Source: Ignavibacteriota bacterium
GTDB taxonomy: Bacteria > Bacteroidota > Ignavibacteria > UBA10030
Length of the DNA stretch: 64,000 nt
Reading direction: 5' to 3'
NCBI GenBank assembly: GCA_963727825.1
Contig: CAVSHO010000010.1
Coordinates: 160,001 to 224,000, forward strand
Translations under genes and position numbers: made by a program
The notes under the pieces: generated by a model
Database searches by the model: none
Told to the model about the DNA's origin: nothing
What the model saw: only the letters and a program-made list of their open reading frames with translations
In this document: in pieces, positions 11,076 to 22,323 of the stretch
How positions within the stretch are numbered: the stretch's first letter is position 1
Layout: the number at the start of each line of letters is the position of its first letter

Positions 11076-11840
11076 CTATTTACTGTCTTCATACGGAAAA
11101 GTCAAGTAATCAGATGGAAGTAATGTCTTCACTACCAATAGATCGCGGCCAAAACTTTTGCCTTGTTTATTTGCGCGTTTATCACGCGGGTCATCTGTGC
11201 CTCCAACAATGAATTTTGCTTCTGACCACTCAATAAAGTCTCCTGTTGCATGCGTCAACCCTGGCGACTCAGATGCGAACGCAAGATATGCCGAACCAAA
11301 AAAATGTTGAAGCTTATCCTTATCTCCGTAGGAACCCGGCGGTGTATCAGGATATACTTGAATAGGAAGATTTTTTATACGGGCAGAGAAAATACTGTCA
11401 TCTTCAAATGTCAGCGGCAATGCAAGTGAATTGAAGATTGGCATTTTGACATCAACCTTTCGATGTTCAAGCACAGCCATAAAAGAAAGGAAAAGTGCAC
11501 GCGCAATATTATAATCTGCAATCTTTAGCGATTTTAAATAGATAGCATCGATAGCGCGGATATCGCCGCACCAACTGCGTAAAATTTGAAACCGTCCATC
11601 ACGAATATAGTCCCTGAGGCTCTTAATATCCAGTATAATTTGCGGCGTAAAAAGGTCTGATATAAATGTTCCAAAAGAAAATCCTTTATTATTCGCTTCA
11701 TCAAAGTCCCAAGAAATGCCGTCGGTATTTTTTTTGTCATCACATTGTGCACGCACTTCAAGAATCAAAATCTGAGAAAAGACACAAAAGAACAATACTA
11801 TCAATTCAAGGTGGGATATTTTGCGCTTCGAGAAATTCAT
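11076..11840 (-). CDS. Hypothetical exported protein
   Basis: 254-aa ORF co-oriented within the operon; N-terminal hydrophobic signal; DKLQHF and DKRANKQG motifs. Confidence 0.7.
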   Translation of the reverse strand: MNFSKRKISHLELIVLFFCVFSQILILEVRAQCDDKKNTDGISWDFDEANNKGFSFGTFISDLFTPQIILDIKSLRDYIRDGRFQILRSWCGDIRAIDAIYLKSLKIADYNIARALFLSFMAVLEHRKVDVKMPIFNSLALPLTFEDDSIFSARIKNLPIQVYPDTPPGSYGDKDKLQHFFGSAYLAFASESPGLTHATGDFIEWSEAKFIVGGTDDPRDKRANKQGKSFGRDLLVVKTLLPSDYLTFPYEDSK

Positions 11841-11939
11841 TTTTCACTTCGGTGTTATGTGAAAATTGCAATTCGTAATTTCAGAAGTCGTAAGAATATT
11901 TTTGAGAACAATTCCAAATGACGCAACACTTTATTGATT

Positions 11940-12872
11940 TTACTTGCCTTTGGAAAATTCCTTTTTGAAGTATTCCGCCGTTGATCGCAAGCCTTCTTCT
12001 AATTGCACGGTAGGTTTCCAGCCAAGTTCACCCTCAATTTTCTTAGAACTAATCACACTGCGTTGCTGCTCACCCTCTTTTGCCGGAGCGTGTCGTTCTG
12101 GACAGGATGGATTAAGATGGGTTCGCAAATTGAGGAAAAGATTATTGACATCAGTCTCAATGCCTGTACCTATATTAAAGATATTTGATCTATCATATTT
12201 AAGAGCCAATAAATTTGCTTTCACAATATCACTAACAAACGTATAATCGCGCGTTTGTTTACCATCGCCATTAATGACGGGTTGTTCACTTTTCAGCATT
12301 TTATTGCAGAAAATGGCGACAACACCGGCTTCGCCATGCGGATTCTGGCGCGGCCCATAGACATTAGCATAGCGAAGAATAACATGGTTAATTCCATAAA
12401 CGGCTTTATAGAAGAAAAGATATTTTTCTGTACAAAGTTTCGTGATGCCATACGGAGAAAGGGGGCGAGTGGGATGTTCTTCATCAGCGGGAAAATAATC
12501 TTGTTCACCATAAATTGCACCGCCGGTGGAAGAAAAGATAATTTTCTTCGCTCGATGCCGTCTTGCAGACTCAAAAATATTTAATCCGCCAAGGACATTG
12601 ACAGAAGCGTCGAATTTCGGATCGGCAACCGACCGGCGCACATCCATTTGTGCAGCCAAATGATTCACTACATCTATTTTTTCTTTTTGAAATACGTCTT
12701 CTAGTTTTTCGCTTCGTATATCGAGTTTATAGAATTTCGCTCTCTTGTTTATATTCTCTAAAAAACCTCCTGACAAATTATCGACGACAATAACGTTATG
12801 GCCTTCAGCGATATACGCATCTGTTATGTGAGATCCGATAAATCCAGCACCGCCTGTTACAAGAATATTCAA
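11940..12872 (-). CDS. NAD-dependent nucleotide-sugar epimerase (UDP-glucose 4-epimerase-like)
   Basis: TGGAGFIG, SSTGGAIYG, YGITK and RYANVYGPRQ motifs. Confidence 0.9.
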   Translation of the reverse strand: MNILVTGGAGFIGSHITDAYIAEGHNVIVVDNLSGGFLENINKRAKFYKLDIRSEKLEDVFQKEKIDVVNHLAAQMDVRRSVADPKFDASVNVLGGLNIFESARRHRAKKIIFSSTGGAIYGEQDYFPADEEHPTRPLSPYGITKLCTEKYLFFYKAVYGINHVILRYANVYGPRQNPHGEAGVVAIFCNKMLKSEQPVINGDGKQTRDYTFVSDIVKANLLALKYDRSNIFNIGTGIETDVNNLFLNLRTHLNPSCPERHAPAKEGEQQRSVISSKKIEGELGWKPTVQLEEGLRSTAEYFKKEFSKGK

Positions 12873-12892
12873 ATTATCTCCTATGGATTTTT

Positions 12893-14188
12893 CTATTTTC
12901 TAGTTAAATGCCCCAGCGCTTTCTTGCCGATATCACTACGGTAATAGGCACCATCAAACGTAATCTTTTCCACTGCACGATACGCGTTTTGGATCGTCTG
13001 CTCCAGTTCATTATTAAAACCGATTGCCGTCACTCCGAGCACACGCCCACCGGAAGTAACTATTGAATTTCCTTCTGACTTTGTGCCAGCGTGAAACACT
13101 ACAACGCCATCTTCTGCCTTGATGTTTTCCAATCCAAAAATCTGTTTACCGATTTGATATTCATCCGGATAGCCATGCGATGCTATTACCACGCTTACAG
13201 CTGTCGCCGAATGCTGCCTTACTTTCGATGAATCAAACCGACGTTCTGTAATGGCTAGGAATATTTCCGCTAAATCACCATCGATGAGTGGAACAACAAC
13301 CTGCGTTTCCGGATCACCGAACCGGCAATTGTATTCCAACACTTTAGGTCCATCTGGTGTTATCATTAATCCAATATATAGACAGCCACGGTATGGCATG
13401 CCTTCTTGTTTCATGCCATTGAGCGTCGGCTGAACTACAGCGGGTATAATGCATTGAAGAAGTTCATCGGTCACAATATGCGCTGGGGCGTATGCTCCCA
13501 TACCGCCGGTATTTTTTCCGAGATCGCCATCAAGAATACATTTATGATCTTGCGCTGAAGCGAGAATTGCAAACTGCTCGCCGTCAGTCAGGACAAACAG
13601 CGATGCCTCTTCACCATTCAAAAATTCTTCAATTACAATTCTATCACCCGCAGAACCAAAAGCTTTGTTTAAAATAATATCATCCAACGCAAGATTGGCT
13701 TCCTGCCTGCTTTTACAAATGAGTACGCCTTTTCCTGCCGCAAGGCCGTCCGCCTTTACAACCATCGGTGGCTCAATTATATTGATATATTTCTTTGCTT
13801 CGTCGATCGCAGTTGCTACAAAGGTCCGATATTGAGCAGTTGGAATGTGATTCCGCAACATAAAATTTTTTGAAAAGACTTTGCTACCTTCCAATTGGGC
13901 AGCAGCTTTACTTGGACCAAAAATTTTAAACCCGCGTTCTTCGAAGGCATCAACTATTCCATCGACAAGCGGTTGTTCGGAGCCAACAACTGTTAGATCT
14001 ATCTTTTCTTCCTTCGCAAACTTAAGTAACCCTTTGATGTCGGTCGGCTTCAAAGCAATGCATTTGGCAAGATACTCGATACCGGCATTCCCAGGTGCAC
14101 AAAAGATTGTCTTCACTTGAGGGCTCTGACGGAGTTTCCAAACAAGAGCATGTTCTCTTCCACCAGAACCAATGACGAGAATATTCAC
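12893..14188 (-). CDS. purD: Phosphoribosylamine--glycine ligase
   Basis: GSGGREHAL, KADGLAAGKGV, NTGGMGAY, RFGDPETQ and GGRVL motifs. Confidence 0.97.
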   Translation of the reverse strand: MNILVIGSGGREHALVWKLRQSPQVKTIFCAPGNAGIEYLAKCIALKPTDIKGLLKFAKEEKIDLTVVGSEQPLVDGIVDAFEERGFKIFGPSKAAAQLEGSKVFSKNFMLRNHIPTAQYRTFVATAIDEAKKYINIIEPPMVVKADGLAAGKGVLICKSRQEANLALDDIILNKAFGSAGDRIVIEEFLNGEEASLFVLTDGEQFAILASAQDHKCILDGDLGKNTGGMGAYAPAHIVTDELLQCIIPAVVQPTLNGMKQEGMPYRGCLYIGLMITPDGPKVLEYNCRFGDPETQVVVPLIDGDLAEIFLAITERRFDSSKVRQHSATAVSVVIASHGYPDEYQIGKQIFGLENIKAEDGVVVFHAGTKSEGNSIVTSGGRVLGVTAIGFNNELEQTIQNAYRAVEKITFDGAYYRSDIGKKALGHLTRK

Positions 14189-15507
14189 GCTTGCCCCACC
14201 TTCACTTTCACAAATCCGGCACGATCATAATTCATCAACGATTCGAATTGTTTCGCCAATTCAGCTGTGAGGGTTAATCGATTGAATTTTGCCATAAACG
14301 ATTCCTGAACACGTTCCAATTTTTTTAGCTCGAACCGTTTAAACTGTTCGAGAATTGCAAGCTCGTGCGCCGCAACATCTTTCAGCGGAACACAAATCGC
14401 CGCACCACTTTCTTTGATGATCTGCTTGGTATATCCATCTACAAGCGAGGCGATCAGAGGTTTCCGCGAACCAAAATACTCATATAACTTGCCGGGCGTC
14501 TGAAAATCGTTATCAATAACGAACCATAGCACATCAGATTCGACTAAATGTTTTATACATTCCCTGTGCGGTAGATACCCCAGAAAGTGAACAGCATTCT
14601 GTAAATCTAATTTTTTCACTAACTGCCGATCTTCTTCGCGCGCGTTGCCAACGAAGTGTGCTTCGATACGTCCGCGAATTTTGGGATTCGATTGTAAAAC
14701 ATTTGCGAGTGCATGAAGCAAGGTTACCGGATTTCTTTCGGCATAAAATGTCCCCGCGTGAGTAATTTTCATTTTTACAGGCTTAATGTGTTTCTCTACA
14801 TTTGTTGGTGGAAAATCTTCAGCATCAAATCCCTGAGAAATAATAATTACTTCTTTGTAATCCACAGTTTTATGACGACGCAGAATACTTTCCTTTACCC
14901 GTCGGTGTGTTACGATTACTTTATCCGCCGCTTTTAATACGCGTTTTTCTAAATGTGCATGCCACATGCGGTGCAAAGGTGTTGGAAAATACTTGAACGG
15001 ATAATCGAGCCAAGCATCTCTATAATCCACTACAAGAGGAATTTCAAACTTGCGTTTCAGTGCTGCACCTATAAGAAAATCAGTTTGCGGAGGAGCAGTC
15101 GCAAATAATAGATCGAATCGTTCGCGTTCGATCAATTCTGATGCAACCTTCACAGCTGTAGATTTCCACCCAATTTTTGTATCCGGGATAAAAAATAAAT
15201 CTCCAAAGAATTGCAGTATCTTCCGTATCCGTTCGGAAGGCATCTTTATTACACCTTGCTTTTTTAGCAAGCGATTAACATCATAAGAAGATGTGCGAAC
15301 AATCTTTACACCAGCTTCCTCGGCTTCTTTCAATAATGTGTCATCAAATGCATAATAACCAGTCGGTTCCACTGTAAGCACTGTTGGTTTCCAACCGTAT
15401 TTTGGAAGAAACTTAGCAAACTTTACCGTTCTCTGCACACCACTTAATCCCATAGGAGGAAAATAATATGCAATGATTAAAACCTTTCTAAATCCGTCAT
15501 CCGCCAT
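14185..15507 (-). CDS. GT4-family glycosyltransferase
   Basis: IAYYFPP..SGVQR N-terminus, DYRDAW and PGKLYEY motifs. Confidence 0.85.
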   Translation of the reverse strand: MADDGFRKVLIIAYYFPPMGLSGVQRTVKFAKFLPKYGWKPTVLTVEPTGYYAFDDTLLKEAEEAGVKIVRTSSYDVNRLLKKQGVIKMPSERIRKILQFFGDLFFIPDTKIGWKSTAVKVASELIERERFDLLFATAPPQTDFLIGAALKRKFEIPLVVDYRDAWLDYPFKYFPTPLHRMWHAHLEKRVLKAADKVIVTHRRVKESILRRHKTVDYKEVIIISQGFDAEDFPPTNVEKHIKPVKMKITHAGTFYAERNPVTLLHALANVLQSNPKIRGRIEAHFVGNAREEDRQLVKKLDLQNAVHFLGYLPHRECIKHLVESDVLWFVIDNDFQTPGKLYEYFGSRKPLIASLVDGYTKQIIKESGAAICVPLKDVAAHELAILEQFKRFELKKLERVQESFMAKFNRLTLTAELAKQFESLMNYDRAGFVKVKVGQA

Positions 15508-15510
15508 AAA

Positions 15511-16545
15511 TCACACAATAATTAATTCTTTTGAAGATTTTGTAAGTATATCACAGCCGTTTTCACGAACAACGATGTCGTCTTCGATCCGCACACCGCC
15601 ACGATCTGGAATATAAATTCCAGGCTCGATAGTAACTACATTGCCAGATTTTAGTACTGCCGTACTAACTGCAGAGACGCGAAGAGGATCGTGGACATGA
15701 ATACCTAAACCATGACCAAGAGAGTGGATAAAATATCGTCCATAGCCATTCTGCTGAATGTGCGTACGGGCGATTGCATCAATCGAACGAGCTGTAACCC
15801 CGCTATGTACTGCCTCGATGGCTTTTCTTTGCGAATCAAGCACAATTCGATATATTTTCTTCATCTCTGCTGAAGGATTCCCGACAGCAAGAGTGCGTGT
15901 AATATCGCTGTTGTAACCGCGGTAACGACAGCCAAAATCCAGTACAACCAGTTCCCCGCGCCTAATTTTTTTTTCGGATGGCTGTGCATGCGGCAAAGCA
16001 CCGCGCTCACCGCTAGCGACAATAGGGGCGAATGCATCACACTCAGCGCCGTATTTCCGATGCAAGTAGCTAATTTCTGCCGCGATGTCACATTCGCGCA
16101 CACCCGGACGCACGAGCGTCAGAAGTCTCTTAAACACCTTATCGCTAATACTCGCGGCATAACGAATCAACTCTATTTCTTTGTCGTCTTTGATTGCAGT
16201 AACATTTTCGAGAATGCTTGTCGCGGGAATAAAATGTCTCAGGGGCAATAGTTTTTTCAGACTATCCATATCCGCAACCGAAATGTTCTGGCTCTCGAAT
16301 CCAACGCGTGATCTTGTTTGTACTAATTTTCTTTCGGCAAGCGAGGGAAATAGATTTTGTTTCGCGATAATGATCTTAAAACCAATAACCTCCTGCGGTG
16401 CCTGACTTTTATATCGGTTGTCAGTAATAAAAAATTGTTTTGATTGTGTAATTAGACAAAGCCCGCTCGAGCCAGAGAACCCAGTAAGATAGCGAACATG
16501 CTCTAATTCAGTTACAAGCAATGATTGGAGCCTAAGTGCTGCCAT
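15511..16545 (-). CDS. Xaa-Pro aminopeptidase (M24B); start uncertain, homology-like sequence extends to about 16581
   Basis: YLTGFSGS, DFGC..GYNSDITRT, HSLGHGLG, TIEPGIY and GGVRIEDD motifs. Confidence 0.9.
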   Translation of the reverse strand: MAALRLQSLLVTELEHVRYLTGFSGSSGLCLITQSKQFFITDNRYKSQAPQEVIGFKIIIAKQNLFPSLAERKLVQTRSRVGFESQNISVADMDSLKKLLPLRHFIPATSILENVTAIKDDKEIELIRYAASISDKVFKRLLTLVRPGVRECDIAAEISYLHRKYGAECDAFAPIVASGERGALPHAQPSEKKIRRGELVVLDFGCRYRGYNSDITRTLAVGNPSAEMKKIYRIVLDSQRKAIEAVHSGVTARSIDAIARTHIQQNGYGRYFIHSLGHGLGIHVHDPLRVSAVSTAVLKSGNVVTIEPGIYIPDRGGVRIEDDIVVRENGCDILTKSSKELIIV

Positions 16546-16588
16546 CAATGTACGCACTGCCTTAAGCCGCTGGTGAGTTATCGGAAAA

Positions 16589-18070
<1,482 letters not shown>

Positions 18071-18093
18071 TTAATGAAGAATAAAGTTTTTAA

Positions 18094-18122
18094 AAATTAG
18101 TCAATAATCGATGCAAAAGCAA
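18094..18122 (-). promoter_or_regulatory. Putative sigma70-type promoter of the guaB operon
   Basis: TTGCTT-N17-TAATTT. Confidence 0.45.
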
Positions 18123-18134
18123 GAATGAGATTCT

Positions 18135-18240
18135 GGAAGAAAAGGATAGAGCCAGTATCTCGATCGACACCACCACGCGCAATCGATTGCTGGCTCTATA
18201 TAAGAAGGAGATTTGGGAAAACTATCTTCATTCCCAATTT
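18135..18240 (-). other. Structured intergenic element (terminator or small RNA candidate)
   Basis: Hairpin TTGGGAA...TTCCCAA, linker CTCCTTCTT, long hairpin ATAGAGCCAG...CTGGCTCTAT, then a pyrimidine tail. Confidence 0.45.
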
Positions 18241-18300
18241 GATGATACGATGATGCTTATAAAAATGTTGCAGGCAAATAGAAATAGAATGCGAATGTAA

Positions 18301-19674
18301 TTACGGTTCTAGAGAATCTAAATGCGGTACTATAATTTTATATCGCTTGATTTTTAGGTAGAGTGTCTTCGGTGTAATCCCCAATGTCGCTGCAGTCTTT
18401 ACACGATTCCATCGGAAATGTTTCAAGGTGCGTTCGATGTATAATTTTTCAAGTTCATCCATCTTAATGAGTTTGTCTTCGGTAGGCAATTGAGCAGGAG
18501 CAGCCGTTGCAGATGGTGATGCACTCAATGCGACATTCATCCATAAATCCTTAGGTTCTACAACATCACTGTGACTGAGAGCAACAGCGCCTTCAATTAC
18601 ATGTTCAAGTTCGCGTACATTACCAGGCCAATCGTAATTTCTAAGCACTTGAAATGCATCCGGGCTGAGGTGTTTCGTTTTTGTTTTTCGCGAAAGAAAA
18701 TTCTCTACAAGAAGCGGAATATCTTCTTTTCGTTCGTTCAAATTTGGCAGGCGAAGACTGACAACATTTAACCTGTACAGTAAATCTTCCCGGAAACGGG
18801 TTGCTTTTACTTCTTCCTGTAAATTTTTATTTGTTGCTGAGATTACACGAACATCAACCATTCTTGTGTTAGTGCCGCCAACTCTCCGAAACTCACCTGT
18901 TTCCAAAAAGCGAAGAAGTTTGGGCTGAGTTGTGATGCTGATATCGCCTACTTCATCCAAGAATAGCGTGCCGCCGTCAGCAACCTCGACAAGGCCTTGC
19001 TTCGTTTTAACGGCACTTGTGAATGATCCTTTTTCGTGTCCGAATAATTCACTCTCTAATAACTGATCAGGCATTGCAGCACAATTGACAGCAATAAAAG
19101 GTTGATCCCTGCGTGTACTATGTTGGTGAATAAGCCGCGCAAAGAGTTCCTTACCAGTACCACTTGCCCCTTGAATCAACACAAATGCTTCGCTTGATGC
19201 TAATTTAATTGCTTTGCTGACTATGTCTTTGAATATCTGGCATTCACCAATTAGTTCAACCGGTCGTTCAAGCTGGTTCACTTCCTTGTCTATTAGCAGC
19301 TGTTTGTGTTCAAGTGCACGGCGAACTGTAGCTAAAAGTTCATCTGGTTCATACGGTTTGCTGACGAAGTCGTATGCACCTAATTTTGTCGTCTCAATTG
19401 CTGTTTTAACATCAACAACATTCGTCAGTATTATTACTTGCGTTGTCGGAGAATGGTCCTTAATATATTTGAGAACTTCAACTCCGCCAATGCGCGGCAT
19501 CTTTACGTCAAGCAGCACGACGTCATAGACTTTTGATTGGATCAAATTGATTGCATCCGAACCGCTTAATGCAGTATCAACTTCAAACTCTGGTAAATCT
19601 TCAAGTTCGGTTTTAACGAGATAGGTTATGGATTCTTCGTCGTCTACAACAAGAACCCGATACTTTTTGGACAT
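18301..19674 (-). CDS. Sigma54-dependent response regulator (NtrC family)
   Basis: Receiver, GASGTGKE, ELFGHEKGSFTSA, FLDEVG, WPGNVREL and HTH. Confidence 0.95.
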   Translation of the reverse strand: MSKKYRVLVVDDEESITYLVKTELEDLPEFEVDTALSGSDAINLIQSKVYDVVLLDVKMPRIGGVEVLKYIKDHSPTTQVIILTNVVDVKTAIETTKLGAYDFVSKPYEPDELLATVRRALEHKQLLIDKEVNQLERPVELIGECQIFKDIVSKAIKLASSEAFVLIQGASGTGKELFARLIHQHSTRRDQPFIAVNCAAMPDQLLESELFGHEKGSFTSAVKTKQGLVEVADGGTLFLDEVGDISITTQPKLLRFLETGEFRRVGGTNTRMVDVRVISATNKNLQEEVKATRFREDLLYRLNVVSLRLPNLNERKEDIPLLVENFLSRKTKTKHLSPDAFQVLRNYDWPGNVRELEHVIEGAVALSHSDVVEPKDLWMNVALSASPSATAAPAQLPTEDKLIKMDELEKLYIERTLKHFRWNRVKTAATLGITPKTLYLKIKRYKIIVPHLDSLEP

Positions 19675-19698
19675 GTCGGCAGGTCTCCCTTGCCGGAT

Positions 19699-20070
19699 TT
19701 ATGCACTCGTAAGGACTCTTTCGACTGTGGTCAACAGATCGACGAGGTCGTATGGCTTACTAACAAAATCTTCCGCGCCGAGCTTCTTTGACTCGATAGC
19801 ATTTTTAAGGTCGGCAAAACCTGTCAACATTACCACTTTCGTCTTCGGCCAGCGGTCTTTTACAAACTTTAACACTTCAAATCCATCTACATTGGGCATC
19901 TTAATATCTAATAGAATGAGATCAAATTCATTGGTTGTTAAAACATCAATCGCTGTTTGTCCATCAACAGCACTGGAAACTTGATACCCTTCGCCTTCTA
20001 ATTCAGTGCTAAGAACAACGCGAAGTGCTTCTTCATCATCAACAACTAAAATTTTATTTTTTACTGGCAT
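19699..20070 (-). CDS. Single-domain CheY-like response regulator
   Basis: VVDDE, LLDIKMP, MLTG and SKP motifs; GGAG RBS before the ATG at 20070. Confidence 0.92.
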   Translation of the reverse strand: MPVKNKILVVDDEEALRVVLSTELEGEGYQVSSAVDGQTAIDVLTTNEFDLILLDIKMPNVDGFEVLKFVKDRWPKTKVVMLTGFADLKNAIESKKLGAEDFVSKPYDLVDLLTTVERVLTSA

Positions 20071-20150
20071 AGAGCATCTCCTCGCAGAATGTCTGTTTTC
20101 ATCTTTGAAACAGTACATTTAAGAATTCTTAACAGGTATTTACGATTGTG

Positions 20151-20179
20151 ATAATATGAAGAATACTTATAAAAAGCAA
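20151..20179 (-). promoter_or_regulatory. Putative sigma70-type promoter
   Basis: TTGCTT-N17-TATTAT upstream of the CheY-like gene. Confidence 0.45.
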
Positions 20180-20291
20180 ACAATTCTACAAGAAAGCTCT
20201 CATCGATTTAAATCTCAAAATATTTCAGCCACAAGTATTAAAGAATAAATCTGTCGTTGAATGTTATATGAACTTATGGTACTATTAATGT

Positions 20292-20987
20292 ATGGAAACC
20301 ATCGATCTTAATAAGTTAAAACCTATTCGTGTTCTTCTCGTGGATGATGACGTCACATTTGCTAAATTGGTTCAAGTTATCCTTAAACGTTTCCAACAAC
20401 GCGCATTTATTACTATTTGGAAGGATTCTATTGAAGGTGCACTTGCCGAAATTGCTCAGAACCAAGAGATAGATGTGATTCTCATGGATTACTACTTTCC
20501 AACATCGAACGGTTTGGAGTTCTGTCTGCAATTGGATCAGATGGAACGTTTCATCCCAATCATTTTTCTAACTGGCTTTCATGATTTCAAACTTGCAGTT
20601 GAGGCGATGAAACTCGGTGTCGAAGATTTTTTGCTGAAAGACGATCTAAAGGAGGTATATCTGCCTCGAACAATTCTCAGTATTCTTGAGCGCGTTGATC
20701 TACGGAAGCACAAACAGGCGATTGAAAAAAGATTAGCGCTGGCTGAAAATCGCGCTCAAGCCATCCGTGAATTAGTCGTCACCGTGTGTCATGAATTCAA
20801 TAATCCGCTTGCAGCAGTTAAAATAAGTTTTGATCTCCTGCAACGTCAAAATTTGGAAACAGTAAAGCCGGAAGTGATGAAAACGTTTGAGAACCGCTTT
20901 AATACAATAGATTCAGAGATTAAGCGATTACGTGATTTAAATTTTGAAAAAATAGATTTCCACAGCAATTATTCTAATGACGTTTGA
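20292..20987 (+). CDS. Receiver plus HisKA-like (DHp) protein lacking a catalytic ATPase domain
   Basis: LVDDD...LMDYY...LTG...LLK receiver; H-box VCHEFNNPL; protein ends about 60 aa later. Confidence 0.85.
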   Translation: METIDLNKLKPIRVLLVDDDVTFAKLVQVILKRFQQRAFITIWKDSIEGALAEIAQNQEIDVILMDYYFPTSNGLEFCLQLDQMERFIPIIFLTGFHDFKLAVEAMKLGVEDFLLKDDLKEVYLPRTILSILERVDLRKHKQAIEKRLALAENRAQAIRELVVTVCHEFNNPLAAVKISFDLLQRQNLETVKPEVMKTFENRFNTIDSEIKRLRDLNFEKIDFHSNYSNDV

Positions 20988-21000
20988 CAGGCCGTATATC

Positions 21001-21029
21001 TTGCATCTCTGTCTTTTTTTTGTTATTAT
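21001..21029 (+). promoter_or_regulatory. Putative sigma70-type promoter
   Basis: TTGCAT-N17-TATTAT. Confidence 0.5.
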
Positions 21030-21145
21030 TTTATAGTGATAGTGTAAAATGAATTCCTTTAAATAGTTGTATAGCAAATTAAGATGCCTGTAAAAAAGAA
21101 ATTAATAATCGATAAAATTACACTTCAAAAAACTTAGAGATTTAC

Positions 21146-21180
21146 AAAGTGTCCCGCCCAACCAGCGGGACACTTTTTTT
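21146..21180 (+). terminator. Intrinsic terminator/attenuator directly before nif3
   Basis: AAAGTGTCCCGC-ccaacca-GCGGGACAC-TTTTTTT ending 2 nt before the ATG. Confidence 0.75.
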
Positions 21181-21182
21181 AT

Positions 21183-22295
21183 ATGAGCCTGCGTGTAATA
21201 AATATTATCCAGTTGTTTGAAAATTGGGCGCCAAAATGGACTGCTTGGGAAAAGGATAATGTCGGGTTGCAAGTCGGCGACAAGCAAAACAAAGTTGCAA
21301 AAGTTCTAGTAACACTCGACGTCACCAAACAAATCGTTAGCGAAGCAATCGATCAAAAGGTGGATCTCATTGTCTCGCATCATCCGCTGCTTTTCCGACC
21401 AACATCTGCAATTATCGCAAACGATCCCGTTGGTGAATTAGTCTTGCGACTTGCAGAGCACAGGATTGCCCTTTTTTCAGCTCACACTAATTTAGATTTT
21501 ACGCAAGGTGGTGTCAGCTTTACGTTAGCCAAAACACTCGGATTAAAAAACATTCGATTCCTTGCACCATTAAAAAAGTCTCTGGCAAAGATTATTGTGT
21601 TCGTTCCCGAGGTGCATGTGGAACGCACGATACATGCAATGACGCAAGCAGGCGCAGGAATTATAGGCAAGTATTCGTCTTGTTCTTTCGGTGCGAAAGG
21701 AACAGGAAGTTTTTACGGTTCAACAGAATCTAATCCGTTTTTAGGAAAACGTGGAAATCTTGAGTTTGTTGGGGAGATACGGCTTGAGATGATTGCACCT
21801 CGTGCAATCATACCCGATGTCATTGCCGCTTTGAAAGCTGTTCATCCGTACGAAGAACCGGCATACGATATTTATTTTATTGAAAATGCAAACCCAAACT
21901 TCGGAATGGGCGCTCTCGGTAAATTATCAAAACTTCAGCCGCTTGGATTCTTTTTAAAGTCCTTGAAACGAACACTTGGTGTAGAAGCGTTGCGTTATAC
22001 CGGCAGTTTAGCACATAAAATCCAGAACATCGCAGTTTGCGGCGGAGCTGGAAGCGAACTTTTACCTGACGCTATCGCGGCGAAAGCAGATGTTTTTGTT
22101 ACTGCAGACGTTAAATATCATGCGTTTCAAAAAGCATACGAAACCATCGCTCTTATCGATGCCGGCCATTGGGAAACTGAACAGATCATTTTAAGACCCA
22201 TTGCAGTTCGACTTCGATCTGCTGCCAAGGCGGCACACGAACCATTGGATGTATTCATTACAAAGCATAAAACGAACCCGATTAAAATAATATAA
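21183..22295 (+). CDS. Nif3-like dinuclear metal centre protein with PII-like insert
   Basis: DNVGLQVG, SHHPLLF, AHTNLD, HPYEEPAYD, CGGAG and DAGHWETE motifs. Confidence 0.93.
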   Translation: MSLRVINIIQLFENWAPKWTAWEKDNVGLQVGDKQNKVAKVLVTLDVTKQIVSEAIDQKVDLIVSHHPLLFRPTSAIIANDPVGELVLRLAEHRIALFSAHTNLDFTQGGVSFTLAKTLGLKNIRFLAPLKKSLAKIIVFVPEVHVERTIHAMTQAGAGIIGKYSSCSFGAKGTGSFYGSTESNPFLGKRGNLEFVGEIRLEMIAPRAIIPDVIAALKAVHPYEEPAYDIYFIENANPNFGMGALGKLSKLQPLGFFLKSLKRTLGVEALRYTGSLAHKIQNIAVCGGAGSELLPDAIAAKADVFVTADVKYHAFQKAYETIALIDAGHWETEQIILRPIAVRLRSAAKAAHEPLDVFITKHKTNPIKII

Positions 22296-22323
22296 GTTGT
22301 TTTATCATAGAGAGGAGCAACAG

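Noticed and set aside
21084-21110. uORF start MPVKKKL resembles the start of the CheY-like protein (MPVKNKI)
   Set aside because: Too short and A-rich to distinguish from chance.
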